A stretch of 64,000 nucleotides of DNA from Anaerolineales bacterium (GTDB taxonomy: Bacteria > Chloroflexota > Anaerolineae > Anaerolineales > E44-bin32): the NCBI GenBank assembly GCA_046759305.1, contig JBHIBY010000001.1:4339-68338 (forward strand), read 5' to 3'. This document shows, piece after piece, positions 58,162 through 64,000 of the stretch. Numbering within the stretch: position 1 is the first letter of the stretch; every line of letters begins with the position of its first letter. The notes beneath the pieces were generated by a model. That model was not told the DNA's origin, made no database searches, and saw nothing but the letters and a program-made list of their open reading frames with translations. The position numbers were made by a program, and so were the translations under genes.

Positions 58162-59409
58162 CTAACCCGGTAGTAAGCGTTTCAGCAATCCGGCCGCTCG
58201 ACCAAGATCAAATCGTGGCCATGCCATCGAGTGTTGATCCAGGATGGAATGCTCTTCCTGCAGCCGTCCCCAATGCAGTAATCCCACACTGGTTGCGTAG
58301 GCCGGACTGCCTAATTTGTCCACCAGTCCGCGCAAATGATCGGGCTGAGCGGTACGGACTGGCAGCTGTAGAACGTCGGCAGCTACGAGATCGAGGCCGT
58401 GTAGTTGGCTCGCTCCCCCGGTTAGAACCAGTCCGGCCGGAAGCAGTGCGTCGTAGCCGGAGCGCTTGATCTCCTGGCGTACGAGCGCAAAGATTTCCTC
58501 CGCCCGTGGCTCGAGAATTCCCGCCAGGTCTGCAATCCGAACCTGGACGCTGCTTCCCTGCCCGAACGGCCTCATCGTTACCAGTTGATCGTGGTCAGCC
58601 ATCATGGGGCGGCACGTGCCATGCTGGATCTTGATGCTTTCTGCGGTTTCTTGAGGCAGATGTAAGCCCTGGGCGATATCACTAGTCATGTGATCGCCGC
58701 CAACAGGAACAGCAGCTGTGTGCCAGGAGGCGCCTTCGATATAAACTGCGATATCGCAGGTCCCGCCGCCAATGTCGCAGACGACAGCACCCATCTCCCG
58801 TTCAGTTTCCGAAAGCACGAGTTCTCCTGCAGCGAGAGAGGAAAGCACATAGCCATCGATCGAAATACCAGCCACCTCCACCGCCTTCTCGAGGTTACGA
58901 AGCGAGGTTTGGTTGGCGGTCACGATATGGGTTTCCACTTCCAATCGATAGCCGTACATGCCGATGGCGGAACGTATTCCATCCTGGCCATCCACGACAA
59001 ACCCGCGTGGCACCACATGAACGAGCTCCCGATTGAACGGGATCGCTTCCGCACGCGCCGCGTCCAGTGCACGCGCCACGTCGTCATAGCCTATGGTGCG
59101 GCCGGTGACGCCGGCCATACCACGACTATTCTTTGACTCAATGTGGCTGCCAGACAGGCTGACAAGTGCTGAAGTAATCTCGAACCCAGAAGTGCGCTCC
59201 GCTTTGTCTTTCGCAAGCGAGACCGATTTGCTGAGTGCTTCCAGGTTTACAACGCCACCTTTTCGCATACCCATCGAGGGTACGATCCCCACACCGATTA
59301 CACGCAGGCGGTTCTCAGGATCCAATTGCCCAACCAGCAAGGCCACCTTGGTAGTGCCGATGTCCAGACCAACAAAAACGGTTTCTTCAGGTGAGATGAG
59401 AGTAGCCAC
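58162..59409 (-). CDS. ftsA: Cell division protein FtsA
   Basis: Actin-fold motifs [10 protein letters not shown] and [12 protein letters not shown] start. Confidence 0.9.
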   Translation of the reverse strand: MATLISPEETVFVGLDIGTTKVALLVGQLDPENRLRVIGVGIVPSMGMRKGGVVNLEALSKSVSLAKDKAERTSGFEITSALVSLSGSHIESKNSRGMAGVTGRTIGYDDVARALDAARAEAIPFNRELVHVVPRGFVVDGQDGIRSAIGMYGYRLEVETHIVTANQTSLRNLEKAVEVAGISIDGYVLSSLAAGELVLSETEREMGAVVCDIGGGTCDIAVYIEGASWHTAAVPVGGDHMTSDIAQGLHLPQETAESIKIQHGTCRPMMADHDQLVTMRPFGQGSSVQVRIADLAGILEPRAEEIFALVRQEIKRSGYDALLPAGLVLTGGASQLHGLDLVAADVLQLPVRTAQPDHLRGLVDKLGSPAYATSVGLLHWGRLQEEHSILDQHSMAWPRFDLGRAAGLLKRLLPG

Positions 59410-59412
59410 GGC

Positions 59413-60348
59413 TTACCTTGTCAACTTGTAATAGGGTGAGACCGGATTTTCGACGCTCACCAATACCGCGCCCTGCCCCTGCTCTACCAGGGAGAGGGCG
59501 ATCGCCTCATACACTTTCACTTTCGTTTCCATATCGCCGCGGTGGCCAAAAAGCACATGCCAACCGCGCGGGTCGTCAAATCCAAATCCATGATCGGAGC
59601 TGTAGGTAAGATCGGTCGCGTATGGCAGCTGCTCGCTCAACATGACCGCGCTCCAGAGCACCGCCGGATCGATTGCCGGCGCTAGGGCATCCTGGCTAAT
59701 CTCCAGCACCGGTTCGGCAGAGGACACTTCGACCATCGCTTTATAGGGCTGGCGCTGGATAAATGCGACGCCGGAAGCGCTTAGCCACCAGGTATCGCCG
59801 CCGTCGTTCCATTCGACGATCGGTCGTCTCTCTTCAACTTCAATCGTTACCTTGTTGCCGGGCCACTGAAATCGGACCTGCGCGCCATCGATCTCCGGAT
59901 ATGCAAGCAGGCGCTGCTCTGCGGCCCTGGTATCCAAGGCAAATATGTGGCTCCCATGCAGTCGCGCGATCGATTCGATCTGTGCCGCGCTCAGCAAGCC
60001 TGCCCCTTCAACCGTGACGGCGCTGATCCGGAATTCATCGCTCACCCAGGCCCGATATGCGGTCATCAACCACGCGAGCAGCAGCAAAAGCGTCAATGTG
60101 CGCTTTCCGATGCGCAAACGCGGAAACGCCGGCAGGCTGATTTCCGCCCCAAGCTCGTCAGGCAGCGGGATCGTGTAGCTTCGTCGTCTACGCACCGGGG
60201 TTCCAAGTGCTTGCGCAGCCTCGCGCCCGATCGGATAGGTCAATGGAATGCGTGTGGAACTGCCCTTGCTCGTTGTGCGAGGTCGCCTGCGCGCTCGCCG
60301 CTGTGAACCACGGCCAAATATCGATGATGGTCGTATCGCCAAACCCAT
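59413..60348 (-). CDS. ftsQ: Cell division protein FtsQ/DivIB (POTRA domain)
   Basis: Arg-rich cytoplasmic N-terminus, a single TM helix (LTLLLLLAWLMTAY), then a POTRA-like VTVEGAGLLSAAQI. Confidence 0.78.
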   Translation of the reverse strand: MGLAIRPSSIFGRGSQRRARRRPRTTSKGSSTRIPLTYPIGREAAQALGTPVRRRRSYTIPLPDELGAEISLPAFPRLRIGKRTLTLLLLLAWLMTAYRAWVSDEFRISAVTVEGAGLLSAAQIESIARLHGSHIFALDTRAAEQRLLAYPEIDGAQVRFQWPGNKVTIEVEERRPIVEWNDGGDTWWLSASGVAFIQRQPYKAMVEVSSAEPVLEISQDALAPAIDPAVLWSAVMLSEQLPYATDLTYSSDHGFGFDDPRGWHVLFGHRGDMETKVKVYEAIALSLVEQGQGAVLVSVENPVSPYYKLTR

Positions 60349-60426
60349 CTAAGCCGTCCCCTCCCATAGGCTGGATGCACCGTTTGCAGCTCCAAACGTT
60401 CGGAGGGATCCAGTCCTCCTGTTCAT

Positions 60427-61533
60427 CTAGGCGGCTCCCTCGTAGGTACGTACCAATCCGTCTTTTTGCACCTTCCGTGCTTGAGCCAGTTCGATAAGAC
60501 GATCCATTAGCTCTGGATATGGAAGGCCGCTGGCTTCCCACAGTTTCGGGTACATGCTGATGCTTGTGAAACCAGGGATAGTATTGACTTCGTTAAGATA
60601 GAGCTGATCTGTGTCCTTTTCCATCAGGAGATCGACCCGGGCCATTCCCTCACCATCGATCACTTTGTAGGCCTCTATCGCCATGCCGCGAGCCTCTTCG
60701 GCCCTCTCGTAGTCAATTGGTGCGGGTATGTGCAGCTCCGACCGATCATCGATGTATTTGGCTCGGTAGCTGTAGTACTCATCGCTGGGAATGACCTCTC
60801 CGGGCACAGAAGCGTCCGGTTTTTCGTTGCCCAATACACTCACTTCGATCTCGCGCGCCTCAATGCCGCGCTCGACAAGAATGCGGCGGTCGTACTGAGC
60901 GGCATCCATCAGACCTTCAACCAGATCAGAACGGCTATGCACCTTTCTCACTCCAACCGAAGAGCCCATGTTGGCGGGCTTTGTAAAAAGCGGATAGTCA
61001 GCGACCGCTTCGGCCGCGTTCAGGGCGGCATCCATGTCGTTTTCAAATGTGCCCTTGCTGATAACGGTGAAATCGAGCACCGGGATGTGGTGTGCACGCA
61101 TTAGCCACTTAAATAGTCCCTTGTCCATGGCGACCGCAGAGGCAAGCACTCCAGCACCCACGTATGCGAGATCGGCCATTTCGAACAGCCCTTGAATCGT
61201 TCCGTCTTCACCGTACGGCCCGTGTAGTATGGGCACCGCCACGTCCAGCTCCGCGAGCTTTGACAGGCTGTCGCCCTCCCCGCGCACATACATGCCTCGA
61301 TCCGACGGCTCTGGGAGCAGAGTCACTGCGTCCAGGCTGTTGGTATCTCCGCGCTCAAAAGCGCCGATGACATCCTCGCCAGTCAACCAATCTCCATCGT
61401 GGGTAATTCCCACTTGATACACCTGGTATTTGTCTTGATCCAGAGCTCCAAGAACCGATCGGGCAGACATTAGTGAAACCTCGTGCTCCCCCGACCGCCC
61501 TCCAAAGAAGACAGCAAGGCTGAGCTTAGCCAT
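60427..61533 (-). CDS. ddl: D-alanine--D-alanine ligase
   Basis: MAKLSLAVFFGGRSGEHEVS and the C-terminal NEVNTIPG. The ATG at 61533 is preceded by GGGAGGGG and overlaps the murB stop. Confidence 0.92.
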   Translation of the reverse strand: MAKLSLAVFFGGRSGEHEVSLMSARSVLGALDQDKYQVYQVGITHDGDWLTGEDVIGAFERGDTNSLDAVTLLPEPSDRGMYVRGEGDSLSKLAELDVAVPILHGPYGEDGTIQGLFEMADLAYVGAGVLASAVAMDKGLFKWLMRAHHIPVLDFTVISKGTFENDMDAALNAAEAVADYPLFTKPANMGSSVGVRKVHSRSDLVEGLMDAAQYDRRILVERGIEAREIEVSVLGNEKPDASVPGEVIPSDEYYSYRAKYIDDRSELHIPAPIDYERAEEARGMAIEAYKVIDGEGMARVDLLMEKDTDQLYLNEVNTIPGFTSISMYPKLWEASGLPYPELMDRLIELAQARKVQKDGLVRTYEGAA

Positions 61534-62434
61534 TCCCCTCCCAATCACCGATGAGCTCTACTTCCAACTCCAATTCCACTCCGAATTCATCAGCCACTCG
61601 CTGCCTGGCTAGCTGGATCAATCCGTAAACATCTGCTGCGCTGGCCCCGCCGCGATTGATGAAGAAGTTGGCATGCTTGTCACTGATTTCGGCTTCCCCG
61701 CGCCGTTCTCCCTTCAACCCAGCCGCATCAATCAGCCGGCCGGCGTGGGCGTCAGGCGGGTTCTTAAACATGGATCCGATGCTGGCGCCCGTGGGTTGTG
61801 TCTGCTGGCGATAGTCGATGAACTCCTCCATCCTGCCGCGCGTTTCAACTGGATCCGACGGTTCCAGGTGGAACTGGCCGGACTCGACAACCGCCTCGCC
61901 GGGGTTGCGCTTGAACCAACTGGTTCGATATCCAAACTCCAATCGCTCCGGTGACCACACTGCCCGTCCTTGCTCCCGGTGGATGACGACGGCCGTCTCA
62001 AGCGAATCGGCAGTATCGCTTCCATGCGCGCCGGCATTCCCCACGATGGCTCCGCCGATGGTTCCGGGCACAGGAGCCGCCCATTCCATACCGCTCAGCC
62101 CTCTGTCCACCGCGCGGCGAGCGACTGAGCTGAGCGATGCACCGGAAAGAGCCCTCACCCCATCGGCCACAAATTTCACTTGCTTGGCCTGGTTTAGCAG
62201 CACGACACCAGAGACTCCTTTGTCGGCCACAAGCACGTTCGAACCTCCACCGAGCACACGGAACTCACGACCCATCTCCCAGAGCAGCTCCACAGCCTTC
62301 GCCAGCTCGCCCGCGGAATGCACGGTCAGCAAATACTGTGCCGGCCCTCCAATGCGAGCCGCGGTGTACTGCGCGAGAGGTGCGTTTTCCAGCAAGTTCT
62401 CTGGAAACGCACGGTGCATTTCTTCGCTCGACAA
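61526..62434 (-). CDS. murB: UDP-N-acetylenolpyruvoylglucosamine reductase
   Basis: FAD-binding GGGSNVL and the C-terminal GSMFKNP. TTG start (the ATG at 62419 is an alternative). Confidence 0.9.
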   Translation of the reverse strand: MSSEEMHRAFPENLLENAPLAQYTAARIGGPAQYLLTVHSAGELAKAVELLWEMGREFRVLGGGSNVLVADKGVSGVVLLNQAKQVKFVADGVRALSGASLSSVARRAVDRGLSGMEWAAPVPGTIGGAIVGNAGAHGSDTADSLETAVVIHREQGRAVWSPERLEFGYRTSWFKRNPGEAVVESGQFHLEPSDPVETRGRMEEFIDYRQQTQPTGASIGSMFKNPPDAHAGRLIDAAGLKGERRGEAEISDKHANFFINRGGASAADVYGLIQLARQRVADEFGVELELEVELIGDWEGNG

Positions 62435-62437
62435 CGA

Positions 62438-62620
62438 TCACAGATCGCGAACTGCTTTGATCAGTTTGCCCAACACCTCGGGTTCCGGCGCTTCGTCCGG
62501 ATCCAGGGCCAACTTCCTGGAAGGCATTTGTCCGTGCAGACGCTTGAGCGCGATCCGCATCTTGAGCTCAACTTTGCGATCTTGCTCCAGCGGCCTGCGC
62601 GACGAGTTTGATCTAAGCAT
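62438..62620 (-). CDS. Small basic protein (60 aa) between murC and murB, unknown function
   Basis: The ATG at 62620 is preceded by AAGGAGG-N5 embedded in the last murC codons. It overlaps the murC stop by 8 nt and stops 3 nt before the murB TTG. Sequence: MLRSNSSRRPLEQDRKVELKMRIALKRLHGQMPSRKLALDPDEAPEPEVLGKLIKAVRDL. Confidence 0.4.
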   Translation of the reverse strand: MLRSNSSRRPLEQDRKVELKMRIALKRLHGQMPSRKLALDPDEAPEPEVLGKLIKAVRDL

Positions 62621-63977
62621 TTGAACCTCCTTGCGATAATCCCTGCAGCACAAGCCGTCCAACGCGATTGGCGTCGCCGGCACTCAAGATAACAATCACT
62701 GAGTTTGGTTTGACATTCGCCAGTAGTTCCTTCGATACATCTTCAAGATCCGCTATGTACCGAATGTCTGGGCCATCAATCTTGTTCGCTAAATCATCCG
62801 CTGAGATCCCAACGGTGGGTTCTTCGCGAGCCGCGTAAATATCGGTCACGATGACATGATCCGCGTCATTAAAGGACTCGGCCAGTGCATCGAAGAGAAC
62901 CGCGGTGCGGGAATAAGTGTGCGGCTGGAAAACGGCCCAAATCTGCTCTGTACCGTAGCGCTGCCGCGCGGCCGCCAGGGTGGCCCGGATCTCGCTTGGG
63001 TGGTGGGCATAGTCATCGATGACCGTGACGCCTTCGATCTCGCCCAGAACCTCGAACCTGCGAGCCACGCCGTGGAAATCTGCCAGGGCGGCTCGGGCGG
63101 TGGCAAAATCGACTTTCAGCGCTTGCACCGCGGCGAGGGCTCCCAGGGCATTGCGTACGTTGTGCTCGCCCGGCAGCCGGAGTCGAACGAGGCCCGTTGT
63201 ACGATCGCCGCGTACCGCAACGAAATCGAGGCCACCCGCGTCGTTCTCGCGTATATCGACTGCGCGCCAATCTGCCTCTTTGTTCAAGCCATATGTGATG
63301 CGCGTCAGGCCGTTTGCAGGTATCGCCGTAGCAATCGGATCGTCCGCTCCAACGATGATGATTTCCTGAACGCCAGAGGCAAATGTCTTGAAAGCGTCTC
63401 GGTAAGTCGCGAAGCTCGGATAGTCATCGGGATGATCGTGTTCCACGTTGGTAATAACTGCGATCGCCGGGTGAAGCCCGAGAAATGCCCGATCGTACTC
63501 ATCGGCTTCGATCACGAAGTGCTCTCCGCTCCCATGGCGGGAGTTGATGCCGAGATCCGTTGGCACTCCGCCTATGATGAAACTGGGCTGCAGGCCGGCT
63601 CGGTCCAGGATCCAGGCAACCATGGCGGTCGTAGTGGTCTTGCCATGCGTGCCGCCGATAGCAACCGTTCGATAACCCTCGACCAGCTCAGGTAGAAATG
63701 CGGGCCTTCGCATCACTCGAATCTCGTTCTCTCGGGCCGCGGCGAGCTCCACATTGGAATCCGGCACGGCGGATGAAGCCAGCACCAGATCTGAACCCGC
63801 GATCGCACCCGCGCTGTGGCCGATCGTGACTGACACGCCCGACTCTGCAAGGGCCTCGGCAAACGGGGACATTGTCAGATCCGAGCCTGACACTTGCTCA
63901 CCCCGCTCTATCAAGACCCTCGCAATAGCTGACATTCCTGCTCCGCCAATTCCCACTACATGTACCTTCCGACTCAT
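62613..63977 (-). CDS. murC: UDP-N-acetylmuramate--L-alanine ligase
   Basis: VHVVGIGGAGMSAIA, GTHGKTTTT P-loop. Confidence 0.93.
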   Translation of the reverse strand: MSRKVHVVGIGGAGMSAIARVLIERGEQVSGSDLTMSPFAEALAESGVSVTIGHSAGAIAGSDLVLASSAVPDSNVELAAARENEIRVMRRPAFLPELVEGYRTVAIGGTHGKTTTTAMVAWILDRAGLQPSFIIGGVPTDLGINSRHGSGEHFVIEADEYDRAFLGLHPAIAVITNVEHDHPDDYPSFATYRDAFKTFASGVQEIIIVGADDPIATAIPANGLTRITYGLNKEADWRAVDIRENDAGGLDFVAVRGDRTTGLVRLRLPGEHNVRNALGALAAVQALKVDFATARAALADFHGVARRFEVLGEIEGVTVIDDYAHHPSEIRATLAAARQRYGTEQIWAVFQPHTYSRTAVLFDALAESFNDADHVIVTDIYAAREEPTVGISADDLANKIDGPDIRYIADLEDVSKELLANVKPNSVIVILSAGDANRVGRLVLQGLSQGGSNA

Positions 63978-64000
63978 ACAAAAACGACGATGATGAAGAC
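63974..64000 (-). CDS. Last 8 codons of an upstream ORF running off the right edge
   Basis: Minus-strand frame ...VFIIVVFV-TGA, with the stop overlapping the murC ATG (ATGA). Identity cannot be determined from 8 codons. Confidence 0.25.
   Translation of the reverse strand, partial: VFIIVVFV

Noticed and set aside
61818-63695. Long plus-strand ORFs (268 and 279 aa) in the dcw region
   Set aside because: They are antisense to murB and murC, both of which carry diagnostic motifs.

Overview
This is a 64-kb chromosomal window from a moderately GC-rich bacterium with GGAGG-type Shine-Dalgarno sites and frequent ATGA/GTGA start-stop overlaps. The gene content suggests a Chloroflexota-like organism, but I cannot verify that without a database. 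I support about 66 protein-coding genes, 2 tRNAs (Pro-GGG, Arg-CCG), several hairpin terminators and a few candidate promoters or operators. I saw no rRNA, CRISPR array, transposase or integrase. From left to right the window holds: an edge-truncated transketolase that is missing from the ORF track; a carboxylesterase; a folate/pterin cluster (folE, FolM-like SDR, folB, folK); a small catabolic cluster (FAD oxidoreductase, DapA-family lyase, cyclase/formamidase, M20 peptidase); lutA plus a fused lutBC; a beta-hydroxyacid dehydrogenase; a YtfJ/GerW-like gene with a thioredoxin-NHL lipoprotein; etfBA plus an acyl-CoA dehydrogenase; yqeY-pgpH-ybeY-dgkA; a multi-GAF histidine kinase; an endonuclease IV-like gene; a 4x-repeat secreted protein; a deoxynucleoside kinase; tldD/pmbA; a WD40 protein; assorted accessory genes; nrdR-nrdJ; and the distal dcw cluster (murC, small ORF, murB, ddl, ftsQ, ftsA, ftsZ). 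The best candidate for an undescribed system is a tightly packed PspA / 6-TM / 6-TM / PspA cassette (42445-45096) with a perfect 15-bp palindrome in its leader. Other notable items are a tandemly triplicated translation-initiation module that forms a chain of GTGA-coupled mini-ORFs upstream of the esterase-transketolase genes (2233-2419), an SD-equipped 60-codon ORF between murC and murB, a decayed histidine-kinase remnant, and an atypical set of inverted repeats downstream of a good promoter in front of nrdR. All family calls rest on motifs I recognise in the translations. No database search was possible.
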